Shown: in pieces, positions 50,001 to 58,877 of the stretch | How the letters are laid out: each line of letters starts with the position of its first letter | Numbering within the stretch: the first letter of the stretch is position 1 | IMG/VR virus record: IMGVR_UViG_3300021400_000104 | Source: an uncultured virus (IMG/VR IMGVR_UViG_3300021400_000104) | Lineage: Duplodnaviria > Heunggongvirae > Uroviricota > Caudoviricetes | Strand: one strand, 5' to 3' | DNA length: 64,000 bases | Notes under the pieces: model-generated | Told to the model about the DNA's origin: nothing | The model's input: only the letters and a program-made list of their open reading frames with translations | Database searches by the model: none | Translations under genes and position numbers: made by a program

Positions 50001-50172
50001 ATTTATACTGTTTGGTGATGAACCTTAACCCAATCTCTGCTGGGTCGTCAACAGCTTGACGAGCTTACCGCAGTTTAACGCGCACTTGTGGCTTAGCCGT
50101 GACGGCGGGTCGTTTCGTAGACCACCGATAGCACTTTTGAGAATCACTCGGGGCGCATCACTATTCCCCAAT

Positions 50173-50347
50173 TACTCATGGAGGGACTCGAACCCTCATT
50201 CCTCAATCCCCTTGACGCAACGCCAATGTGCCCTGCGGAATCGAACCGCCCTCTAAGCCCCTTGCTTAGTGTACCCTCTTGTACTACGGTGGGAATCGAA
50301 CCCACAAATCAAGTTTGTTGATGTCCTGCCGATTGGATGACATGAGT
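50173..50347 (-). ncRNA. tRNA-like RNA with three T-arms
   Basis: ACTCATG/CATGAGT acceptor, D-arm, three GGTTCGA stem-loops. Confidence 0.55.
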
Positions 50348-50467
50348 GATGCCACTTGAGGTATGCGCACTTCCTCTTCCATTCGATGCTGTAGCCGCGT
50401 CGTTGTTCGCCCTTTTTGTTCAAGGAGAAGGCTCCCGCCCATATTGCATGGGACAATCAAACTCCTC

Positions 50468-50543
50468 TGGTGCGGCTGGCGAGACTCGAACTCGCGACCC
50501 ACGGTTTAAAAGACCGTTGCTCTGCCAGCTAAGCTACAACCGC
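50468..50543 (-). tRNA. tRNA-Lys(TTT)
   Basis: Cloverleaf with CCA. Confidence 0.9.
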
Positions 50544-50650
50544 ATTTATTATACACTTTATGTGGATACCCGCGCTCGCATCGGGAACTTGAAGTCGGCA
50601 ACAGCCTTAGCTTTTGTGATACTATTTTCACCATACCCACAAAATGGTGT

Positions 50651-50725
50651 TGGCGCCCTGTAGAGGAATTGAACCTCTTTCCTTCGGTTCGTAACCGAGC
50701 GTCCTGTCCGTTGAACGAACTGGGC
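50651..50725 (-). tRNA. tRNA-Arg(ACG)
   Basis: Cloverleaf with CCA; near copy of 49926. Confidence 0.9.
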
Positions 50726-50800
50726 GTTTATATGATAATCTCAATATTTTTTATCCATTTAAGGAATCAAGGCAAAACAGATTATCAGAGAAGCCCGTAG

Positions 50801-50876
50801 TGGTGAGCGTGACAGGGGTCGAACCTGCAACCTCGAAATTAAGAGTTTCTTGCGCTACCAATTGCGCCACACGCCC
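50801..50876 (-). tRNA. tRNA-Lys(CTT)
   Basis: Cloverleaf with CCA. Confidence 0.9.
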
Positions 50877-51144
50877 ATATTGCTGTTTGACTGACTTGTG
50901 TCTCATACCTAACAGCTTAGGTAACAGTTTCCGTCCAGCGAAACTGCGTGCTGCTTTGACTTTTCGTACCAAAGTACCGCTACTCTTTTGCCAGTCAAGC
51001 GAGGCGTAGGACGTTCCTCATAATTATGGGTTTTTTATGCAAGGTTTTCCCACCCTTGGGAGCTGTTACTCTCCTGCCCAGTCCGTCTATTTTTCCTCGC
51101 GCGGGCTCGCGATGAAGCAGTTTATACTCAGGTGCTTAGGAGCC

Positions 51145-51220
51145 TGGTGCTCGTGACAGGAATCGAACCTGCAACCCACGGATTAAGAGTCCGCTGCGCT
51201 ACCAATTACGCCACACGAGC
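51145..51220 (-). tRNA. tRNA-Lys(CTT)
   Basis: Cloverleaf with CCA. Confidence 0.9.
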
Positions 51221-51424
51221 ATTATTTTTTCACAAGCCGCAACCTCTAACGAGTCCAGCAACCGACTATTGGCTTGTTATCTTGGCGAGAGATGCTGCGC
51301 TCATCGTATGAACATCTCGCTGCATTACGCCGTTTAGGCCTTACGACCATGCGGCAGTTGTCGGTTTTTAACGAGGTTTTCCTTACGCCCTCGATTTATA
51401 TATTGCCAATCGGCAGGAGTGGAC

Positions 51425-51592
51425 TTAGAGAAGAACTACTACCAAGGTATCGCCATCAGTATCTACCTCAACGTTTGCGGAAGTATCGCCCTCCCAAGAA
51501 TACCACTCATCAGAAGCATCATAGGAGATACCAAGCGGACGGTCCGCAACTCCAAGGGACTCAGCCAACTCGAACAGCTCACGGATAGTCAT
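51425..51592 (-). CDS. Small acidic protein (55 aa)
   Basis: Promoter, RBS, MTIRELFELAESLG. Confidence 0.55.
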   Translation of the reverse strand: MTIRELFELAESLGVADRPLGISYDASDEWYSWEGDTSANVEVDTDGDTLVVVLL

Positions 51593-51679
51593 TTTTCAAA
51601 ACCCCTTTCCTTAACTCTCTATAAATATTATATCATATTTTTAGAGAAAAGTCAAATAATTTTTTGCTTATGTTTTTAA

Positions 51680-51788
51680 TGGTGGAGCATACCGGAGTCG
51701 AACCGGCTTATCTCGTCGATTTAACGAGAAGTTCAAATCAGCTTTCGCCTACCCACACGATATGTTACCGACCGTGCTGCCATGCCCC
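51680..51788 (-). ncRNA. Small tmRNA-TLD-like RNA (Ala-type acceptor, no anticodon arm)
   Basis: GGGGCAT/ATGCTCC-ACCA with G3-U70, canonical T-arm. Confidence 0.55.
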
Positions 51789-51793
51789 ATTAT

Positions 51794-51910
51794 TCCTCTT
51801 GGTGGGAATTGAACCCACAACCCTCGGTGGCTATCAGCTACAACCGTAGCCTATCCATTCCTCAATCCCCCACAACTGGAGGCGCTCTACCTAATTGCCG
51901 CTACAAGAGG
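51794..51910 (-). ncRNA. tRNA-like RNA with enlarged anticodon domain
   Basis: CCTCTTG/CAAGAGG acceptor, T-arm, about 50 nt inside the anticodon stem. Confidence 0.55.
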
Positions 51911-52051
51911 CGAGGAGATTTATTTCAGACGCTCTTTAACGCCGCCATTACTCAAATGGTTAATTCACTTGAGGTATGTACACTTCCTCTTAATGGCGCT
52001 GGAATCTCGCCATTGCTACGCATAAATCCTTTGGAGGAGCCTCCAATTAAC

Positions 52052-52279
52052 TTAGTTATAAATCAGATACTCATACTCAGTACCATCTGTCAAAGATAAA
52101 TCATGAATTATAACCCTTATTCCCCAATCCTCATTCGTAATGCTATTCCAAAGCGTGTCACCGTACTTCTCCCAGAGAGAATTGATTGCCTCAGAAGGAG
52201 TCATATTGAAAATCACTTCTGAAACAAGACCGAAGCCCTGATTAAACTCCCTATAAGCATAAGTTCTTTTCAATACCAT
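52052..52279 (-). CDS. Hypothetical protein (75 aa)
   Basis: Promoter, RBS. Confidence 0.6.
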   Translation of the reverse strand: MVLKRTYAYREFNQGFGLVSEVIFNMTPSEAINSLWEKYGDTLWNSITNEDWGIRVIIHDLSLTDGTEYEYLIYN

Positions 52280-52347
52280 AAATATTTCTCCTTTTGAGCT
52301 TTTCTCTTTATCTTACATATTTATTATAACATAATTTTTAAGAAAAG

Positions 52348-52593
52348 TCAAATAAACCTTTGATAAATATCTACCTCAAACTCGCCAAGTCCAACGCCCA
52401 AATGATTGCTCCCTCTACGAGCACCTTCATATAGCTCCTCAATACAGTAATCGAGATCTTCCTGAATATAACCCCAATACTCTCTATGCTCTTTTAATGC
52501 GTCAATTGCAAAATCAATAGCTTCGTTTAGAGACTTAAACACTTCCGGCTCGCTATCCTGAATTGACGAAATAAAAATCCAAATTGCTGTCAT
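52348..52593 (-). CDS. Hypothetical protein (81 aa)
   Basis: RBS AAGGAGG. Confidence 0.6.
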   Translation of the reverse strand: MTAIWIFISSIQDSEPEVFKSLNEAIDFAIDALKEHREYWGYIQEDLDYCIEELYEGARRGSNHLGVGLGEFEVDIYQRFI

Positions 52594-52615
52594 AATACTT
52601 CCTCCTTGATTAAAC

Positions 52616-52882
52616 TTAGTGATCAGTGCCATAGCCCTGAAGAACTACAGTACCGTCATCAGTTGCGAATTCAATTAGACAGTCAGGTTGCCAACCAACA
52701 TAATGAAGATGAACAGGCGCGCCAAATCTAGTTACTTCATAGATGTCATAAACCTCATCCACATAGTCCTGCATGTCAATGTAATGGATAAGCTCATCTG
52801 CGGTCATCAGAGTCGCATCATGAATTTCATCCTCAGTTCCCTGATCAAGAATGCGCTGAACAAGAAACATACGCTCGAACAT
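52616..52882 (-). CDS. Hypothetical acidic protein (88 aa)
   Basis: Promoter, RBS. Confidence 0.65.
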   Translation of the reverse strand: MFERMFLVQRILDQGTEDEIHDATLMTADELIHYIDMQDYVDEVYDIYEVTRFGAPVHLHYVGWQPDCLIEFATDDGTVVLQGYGTDH

Positions 52883-52970
52883 AAGTGTCCTCCTTTATAG
52901 GGCTTTTTCCCTCATCTTCTATAATAATTATATCATATTTTTCGGAAAAAGTCAAATATCTTTTAGATTT

Positions 52971-53336
52971 TTATTCTCCAAAAGAAAGCGCCGCAATCTC
53001 AACTTCGGAATGGTCTTCTCCCCAATGAACCCACTCATTGAATTCATCTTCATCAAGAATATACCAGTGAACTATACTATGAGTGTCAAAATCCTTAATC
53101 AAGTTTGATAATGCATCAGGAGTCATTTCATTAAAATCAAACGCCTTATAGACTTCCTTCCATACTTTTTCTCTGGTCAAAGATTTCCAGAAAGTAAAGT
53201 CACTATGAATTGCCATCTTCAAGTCTTCATGCTCCCCATAATCAATTTGAAGAACTTTGTATCGACAAACCTCCGGCGCCGCGCCCTTTTCATTCGTAAA
53301 CCATTCATAGCCATAGATTACATAAGCTCTTGCCAT
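52971..53336 (-). CDS. Hypothetical protein (121 aa)
   Basis: RBS. Confidence 0.6.
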   Translation of the reverse strand: MARAYVIYGYEWFTNEKGAAPEVCRYKVLQIDYGEHEDLKMAIHSDFTFWKSLTREKVWKEVYKAFDFNEMTPDALSNLIKDFDTHSIVHWYILDEDEFNEWVHWGEDHSEVEIAALSFGE

Positions 53337-53348
53337 CAGTGCTCCTCC

Positions 53349-53546
53349 TTACCGCTCACGGCGATACATCTCGATTATATCTTGCTGAACATAGAAACCA
53401 GACGCATGTTGACGCTCTTCAAGCTCTTCAACAAATCGCTCATGAGCTTCAGCGATAGACTGCTTATAACGAGCCAGCTCATACTCATCAATGACTTCAT
53501 CATCTTCATACTGTTCAAGAAATTCAAGCATCTGTTCCTTAGTCAT
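53349..53546 (-). CDS. Hypothetical protein (65 aa)
   Basis: RBS. Confidence 0.6.
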   Translation of the reverse strand: MTKEQMLEFLEQYEDDEVIDEYELARYKQSIAEAHERFVEELEERQHASGFYVQQDIIEMYRRER

Positions 53547-53559
53547 AGCCCGTCCTCCC

Positions 53560-53805
53560 TTAATTGTCCTGATAGCTCTTAATTCTGAAGATTTTATCTC
53601 CGATACTTTCTTGCTTAGCTATGCTACAAATCACCACCCAAGCGTTATCTTTTTCGATACACTTAACAAGAGTGACTTTTTCGCTTATTTGCCCATTTGT
53701 AGTGACAGCATAGAGCTGCTTTTCTATGCAGTCATAATCAATAAACAGAATGTGTTCTGTGTCAACTCTCGTACAGGTATCTCTGGACAGAATAATCATA
53801 TGCAA
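53560..53805 (-). CDS. Hypothetical protein (~80 aa)
   Basis: Promoter, RBS. Confidence 0.5.
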   Translation of the reverse strand: MHMIILSRDTCTRVDTEHILFIDYDCIEKQLYAVTTNGQISEKVTLVKCIEKDNAWVVICSIAKQESIGDKIFRIKSYQDN

Positions 53806-54195
53806 TTCTCCTTTAAGTCTCTTTTCCTTAAATCTCTATAACAATTATACCATAAATTTATAAAAAAGTCAATTCTACTTTTCTGGCATACCGCTTGTTA
53901 CCCAACATTGAGTAAAAACAGATGTCCATTGCGGAGTATCCAAGTAAATCTACACCCACTCTCGAGCCGCATCTTCTGAATCACATACTCTCAAAAGAGT
54001 CTAAGTAGCATCTTCCGTGACTCCATACAAAAGCCATACATTCATTACTCTACCTCTGGCTCATACTTCTCTTCAATCCAAACGGTAGTATATTCTCGAC
54101 TATTTTCGAGTGTCGTTCTCATAAGCTCTGCCGCGGCCCGATTAAAATAAGTTGAATGGAGATGAAAACTCCCCATCTCCTTACAAGTCCAAATT

Positions 54196-54591
54196 TCATA
54201 GATAGTAACCATAAATATCTCCCTTCAATTCAATTTGTGTCCAATTAACTCCGCAGTCTTCTGCAATAGTTTCAAAATCCTCTTCCATCATTACTCGATA
54301 CATCTCTTCATTATCTTTATCATCAAGACTCAGGATAAACTCTTTATCATTAATCTGGTAAGGAGAGTACCGATAAAAATCCCGCTTTTGCTTACCAGAA
54401 GGATAAAACTTCTTAATCAGGAATTCCTTTGCACAAGAATAGCAAAGGTCTCTTCCTTCGCACTCGACTCCATCAAGATCGTTTGTCAAATCACTTCCAC
54501 AATTGTCACAGTAAACATGCTCTACATGCTTTCGTCCACAATCAATACAAGGAAGATCACAACTTACACAATCATTCTCAAATCTTCTCAT
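54196..54591 (-). CDS. Cys-rich Zn-binding hypothetical protein
   Basis: Multiple CxxC motifs. Confidence 0.6.
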   Translation of the reverse strand: MRRFENDCVSCDLPCIDCGRKHVEHVYCDNCGSDLTNDLDGVECEGRDLCYSCAKEFLIKKFYPSGKQKRDFYRYSPYQINDKEFILSLDDKDNEEMYRVMMEEDFETIAEDCGVNWTQIELKGDIYGYYL

Positions 54592-54605
54592 TAAAAAGCA
54601 CTCCT

Positions 54606-54833
54606 TTAAGTAAAAATAACTGCTCTTGCTGTTACATAACAAACATCATCTACCATAAAACTCTCTCTGTTTTTAGCAAAGCTATCAGCAAGACAAGATA
54701 AAAAATAATCCCTATCTTGCTGGTCATAATTTTCACAAATATATGCAAGACATAAGTTATAGGCATCATCACTATTAATACAATAAGAAGGCAAACTCTC
54801 CTTATCCTTAAAACGGACTTCCCAACTTAGCAT
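54606..54833 (-). CDS. Hypothetical protein (75 aa)
   Basis: Promoter, RBS. Confidence 0.55.
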   Translation of the reverse strand: MLSWEVRFKDKESLPSYCINSDDAYNLCLAYICENYDQQDRDYFLSCLADSFAKNRESFMVDDVCYVTARAVIFT

Positions 54834-54911
54834 TTCTTTTATCTCCTTTTTAATTACTATATATAGTATATCATAAAATATGAATAAAGTCAATTATATA
54901 TATTATGATGT

Positions 54912-55685
54912 TTATACGAGATTGCTAGTAGAAGAGCAATATCCACTATAATCAATGATTTTTAATTTTCCATCAGGGAAAAATGCAATATTGCCTGCAT
55001 GAAGATCATTAATATCATAGAGTTTCAAGAAGGTGCCAAGTTTAAGAAGATCAGAATAGGAATAATGATTTGCCCACCAACTAATAACTCTATCGGGGAT
55101 AGAATTGTAAAAGCAACAAGTTTTACGAATATCATTAATTTCAGTCTTACTTAAAGGAGCATCATCTCTTCCATTATATTCATCAAATGCCATCAAATAG
55201 CGCTCTTGCACATAGACGTGAGTTCCAGGGATTCTTACCGTTTCAGCAAAAAAATCAGCTACGCCATAAGAGAGAGCCTTCTGATAAACTTTCGCTTCAA
55301 CATCGCAATAGTTTCCAGTGCTACCCATAAAGAAAGGAATCTTAGAGAACCATCCCTCTTCATCCCTATCGCACTCTTTTTTCTCACTGTCAGACAGTTC
55401 ATTATAATCCTCTTCTGTATAATAATTTACCATATAAGTATACGGAGACTTAAAGGCAAAATTCTTTAAACAAAGAACTACTTTAGTTGCTCCTGCATTC
55501 CAATCCAAATCAAGATATGCTCCCGCATTTTCATACTTTTCTACTAACAAGTCAATATCAAGTTCATTGTATACTTCAGAACAAAAGCGATCGTAAATAA
55601 GTTCGGTCTCATTGAAGGCATTGATAAAGTCATTAATCCATTTCTGTTCTGCGCGAACATAATTTAACATCTCAAGTACCTTCAT
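54912..55685 (-). CDS. Protein-kinase-like fold enzyme (257 aa)
   Basis: GATKVV Gly-loop, FAFK, catalytic loop DLHAGN, KIIDYSG. Confidence 0.7.
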   Translation of the reverse strand: MKVLEMLNYVRAEQKWINDFINAFNETELIYDRFCSEVYNELDIDLLVEKYENAGAYLDLDWNAGATKVVLCLKNFAFKSPYTYMVNYYTEEDYNELSDSEKKECDRDEEGWFSKIPFFMGSTGNYCDVEAKVYQKALSYGVADFFAETVRIPGTHVYVQERYLMAFDEYNGRDDAPLSKTEINDIRKTCCFYNSIPDRVISWWANHYSYSDLLKLGTFLKLYDINDLHAGNIAFFPDGKLKIIDYSGYCSSTSNLV

Positions 55686-55840
55686 AGTAATTCTCCTTTT
55701 CTCTTTTACTATATATATTATATCATATTTTTAAAAAAAAGTCAAATAAAATTCTGTTTAAAACTATTTGTGCCGGCGCATCAAAGTATTAATGGCCGGC
55801 ACAATATCTATAAGGAGAACACTATGAAAAAAGAATACGT

Positions 55841-55915
55841 TGGCAGGTCACTGAGAACTCGAATCCCAACGAACAGCTTTGGAGGCTGTCATGCTACCAA
55901 TTACATTAGTGACCC
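55841..55915 (-). tRNA. tRNA-Trp(CCA)
   Basis: Cloverleaf with CCA. Confidence 0.85.
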
Positions 55916-55922
55916 ATTAAAC

Positions 55923-56043
55923 AAGACAGACTCTAAACGCGTGATGTCATTTCACCAGCCCGCGATAAATGGCCGCGGGCGAAGGAATCAAACCTCCAAT
56001 TCGTGCTCCCTATGCAAAAGAAGTGAATTGCTGATCTGTCTTT
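55923..56043 (-). ncRNA. Circularly permuted tRNA-like element
   Basis: T-arm+GCCCGCG-GCCA precedes CGCGGGC+D-arm; flanked by AAGACAGA/TCTGTCTT. Confidence 0.5.
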
Positions 56044-56045
56044 AA

Positions 56046-56121
56046 TGGTAGGAGATGTGGGACTCGAACCCACGACCTCAATCTTGTAAGGATTGCCTTC
56101 TCGCCGCTGAAATAATCTCCC
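56046..56121 (-). tRNA. tRNA-Val(TAC)
   Basis: Cloverleaf with CCA. Confidence 0.9.
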
Positions 56122-56262
56122 ATATCGAGGTACTCGCTATCGTTGGGTTGCTTTGACCTCATTACCCCATCCTTATTTATATACCGCCTACTGAAGAAAA
56201 ATGCTTACGCAGGTAATTCTTCTCTCCGTCGAGACCGCCAACTGGGGAAACAAGCGGTTAAG

Positions 56263-56338
56263 TGGACAATATGGGAATCGAACCCATCTGATTTCCTCTT
56301 TGCAAGAGAGGCGAGCACCCCATGCACTCCCATCGCCC
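56263..56338 (-). tRNA. tRNA-Ala(TGC)
   Basis: Cloverleaf, G3-U70. Confidence 0.85.
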
Positions 56339-56481
56339 ATTTAATCGGTTTTACTTTGCTTCTTTATTTTTTTACGAGGCGTTCTCCACTAAAGCCACAT
56401 ACCAGATGGCGCTAGTGAACTTAATCACTAACCTTTCTGTCGGTGGTAGTTTAAACCGAAAATCCATGTTAACCCCTCAAG

Positions 56482-56556
56482 TGGTAGGAGCGAGTGGAAT
56501 CGAACCACCGTTACACGAGTATCAGTCGTGCGCACTGACCATTGTACTACGCTCCT
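56482..56556 (-). tRNA. tRNA-Ile(GAT)
   Basis: Cloverleaf with CCA. Confidence 0.9.
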
Positions 56557-56780
56557 ATATAACCCCGTAACTAGACGCCATGTCGACCTAACGTCAGTTT
56601 CTATCCCATACGGTATCCAGATGGGCTTTTGTTTCGCAGTTTTGTTCAGCGAAGGATTTTTACATATTGAAAATTCATAAAAAGTCACCGCTTACTATTG
56701 AAACAGTAAGTCATCTCTGTCTCGCAGTAGAGTGCGCTAATTAACAGTTTTACAGGACCCTAATTAGTAAGGAAACCTAC

Positions 56781-56857
56781 TGGCGACTCCAACCGGGTTC
56801 GAACCGGCGACCCCGTGCGTGACAGGCACGTGCTCTAGCCAACTGAGCTATGGAGCC
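56781..56857 (-). tRNA. tRNA-Asp(GTC)
   Basis: Cloverleaf with CCA. Confidence 0.9.
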
Positions 56858-56905
56858 ATTTTAGCGGTTTTCCACGAATAGAAGGGTCATCCGCCTTACC
56901 CTAAG

Positions 56906-56980
56906 TACCCCATATGGGAGTTGAACCCATGATCCTCGGATTAAGAATCCGATGCTTTCGACCATCTAAGCTAATGGGGC
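56906..56980 (-). tRNA. tRNA-Lys(CTT) by anticodon
   Basis: Cloverleaf, loop TT-CTT-AA. Confidence 0.8.
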
Positions 56981-57189
56981 ATTTTTGAGCATTCTGTAAT
57001 CAAACCGTACGCATTTCAATCACTATGCTCTGCTGTGTCTTCTTCCACAGTGCCAAGTCGCCATACTTTTTACGGACGATACGCTGTAGTCGCCTCAACC
57101 TTCCCTAACGACGAAGGGAACCGCCTCTCTGTTCTCGTGAGAAGTACCCCGATGGTCTGTTGATTTACGTCCCTAACCACAAGGACAAG

Positions 57190-57735
57190 CTGCCTCTGCC
57201 GGACTCGAACCGGCGACCTTGAAGTTGCTTACACATCAGCTCAAACTTCTTTTATCACCTCTTGTAATAAGAAGTCTTTTGCCCAAGTTATTCCTCGAGT
57301 TTGACCATTCTGCGCAGGTAAAATTCTGAACTTCTTATTATGTCCCTAACAAAACTGTACAGGGATAAGATAAGATTTTCCGTCAAAAACCGTAGCAAAA
57401 TAATCAATATCATCTTCAGAATAAGTGTGATGAATAATCTTACCATCTTTCCGATTACAACTTGTTGTTGAAATTCTAAAAGACGCACCATTATCATCAG
57501 ATGTTGCTGTTTTACTTTGTACCCTAATGAACTTCCCATCTTTATCTACTACAAAATCATAACGCTCACAATCCCCATATGGAGTAAGAACATTATAACC
57601 AAGTCTTAAAAACTCAAGGATAAGTTCAACTTCTGTTATATTTCCTTTTTGTTTTGAATTTAACTCTTTCATTAACATTAAAGTTTGAGGTCAAGTAAAC
57701 AGCTTCCTGCTACTACCGAACTGAGCTAAGAGGCA
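57190..57735 (-). tRNA. tRNA-Asn(GTT) interrupted by ~471 nt insert (57227-57697)
   Basis: 5' half TGCCTCT..GAAGCTGTT and 3' half AACTTCAAGGTC..AGAGGCAG rebuild a cloverleaf. Confidence 0.8.
57241..57678 (-). CDS. PD-(D/E)XK endonuclease (I-Ssp6803I/PDDEXK_5-like) inside tRNA-Asn; TAG read-through
   Basis: KGNITE..GYNVLTPYGDCERYDFVV..RVQSKT..IDYFA; frame continues past TAG to NGQTRGITWAKDF. Confidence 0.8.
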
Positions 57736-57741
57736 ATATAT

Positions 57742-57817
57742 TGGCTGGAGAGATGGGAGTCGAACCCACACCCTTCTGATTAACAGTCAGCTACTCTACC
57801 GCATGAGCTTCTCTCCA
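57742..57817 (-). tRNA. tRNA-Asn(GTT)
   Basis: Cloverleaf with CCA. Confidence 0.9.
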
Positions 57818-57824
57818 ATTTGTA

Positions 57825-57898
57825 TTGCGGGAGCCGGATTTGAACCGACGACCTTCAGGAAATGACCCTGACGAGCTTCCAGACTGCTCTATCCCGCT
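57825..57898 (-). tRNA. Initiator-like tRNA-fMet(CAT)
   Basis: 1:72 mismatch, fMet-type body, loop GT-CAT-TT. Confidence 0.8.
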
Positions 57899-57972
57899 AT
57901 TTTTAATTTTTCTTCTCTCTCAACTTCTATATATATTATATCATAAATTTCAAGAAAAGTCAAATAATTTAT

Positions 57973-58048
57973 TGGTTGCGATTATAGGATTCGAACCTAT
58001 GCGTTATCGAGTCAGAGCCGATTGCCTTTACCACTTGGCTAAACCGCA
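57973..58048 (-). tRNA. tRNA-Gln(CTG)
   Basis: Cloverleaf with CCA. Confidence 0.9.
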
Positions 58049-58290
58049 ATATATTTCCAACTCACTTGATGACGTCAAGTCAAGCAAGCTAACGACAAGG
58101 AAGGTGCCGACCTCAGAGTTGACAGAGGCATATCATAGCTAACGGTTCACGAAAGTAACTACTCTAACGGAAAATTGTGACATCTTTAATTTATTCTCAC
58201 GGAGTGAGGGACAATTCTCAAAAGCAATCTCTCCGATATATCCATGCATAGTATAGTCCAGCATGGCTAAGGACTTTAGCTTTTAATGCC

Positions 58291-58367
58291 TGGTGACGAC
58301 ACGGAGACTCGAACTCCGATTCTCCTCCTTGAGAGGGAGGCGTGTTATCCAGTTCCACTATGCCGCC
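58291..58367 (-). tRNA. tRNA-Glu(CTC)
   Basis: Cloverleaf with CCA. Confidence 0.9.
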
Positions 58368-58400
58368 ATTCTTTGGGGAGTCTTAATACTCCCCTAAGAT

Positions 58401-58877
58401 TTACTCAGTCTCGGTCTCGGTCTCGGTCTCGGTCTCAACAAGGGAATAACCCTTAACCTTAGACTTAGAACCCTCCGGCTTTACATCAGTTACCATTACA
58501 GTACCCTCAGCAATCGGAGATTTCATCAGAGCTGCAACCTTCTGCGAAGTAGTTACATCCTCAAAACCAAAGGCGCAAATGTCCTTTGCGGTATAAACTA
58601 CTCCAGGTGTCATCATCTGAAGAATCTGAACCTGACGTGCCTCATTTGCAAGCTGCTTAGCAGTAGGCTTAGAAGTAGCCTTGCGCTTAAAGTTCTTCTC
58701 GTCAATCTTGGTAATCTGTGCCTGAGCATACTCAACCATCTCGGGGATCAGCGCGCCGGTCTCATCAAAAATCGGCTTAGATACCTTAGCCGTCTCACCG
58801 GTCTCAGACTTGGTATTAATTACCAGAGTACCCGTAGTGAGTGCAGTCATAAAGCTCTTCATAGTAATAGCAGTCAT
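58401..58877 (-). CDS. Putative winged-helix DNA-binding protein with (ET)n tail
   Basis: Paralog of 34975/43262 (PTAKQ..SQKVAALM..KVKGY). Confidence 0.65.
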   Translation of the reverse strand: MTAITMKSFMTALTTGTLVINTKSETGETAKVSKPIFDETGALIPEMVEYAQAQITKIDEKNFKRKATSKPTAKQLANEARQVQILQMMTPGVVYTAKDICAFGFEDVTTSQKVAALMKSPIAEGTVMVTDVKPEGSKSKVKGYSLVETETETETETE

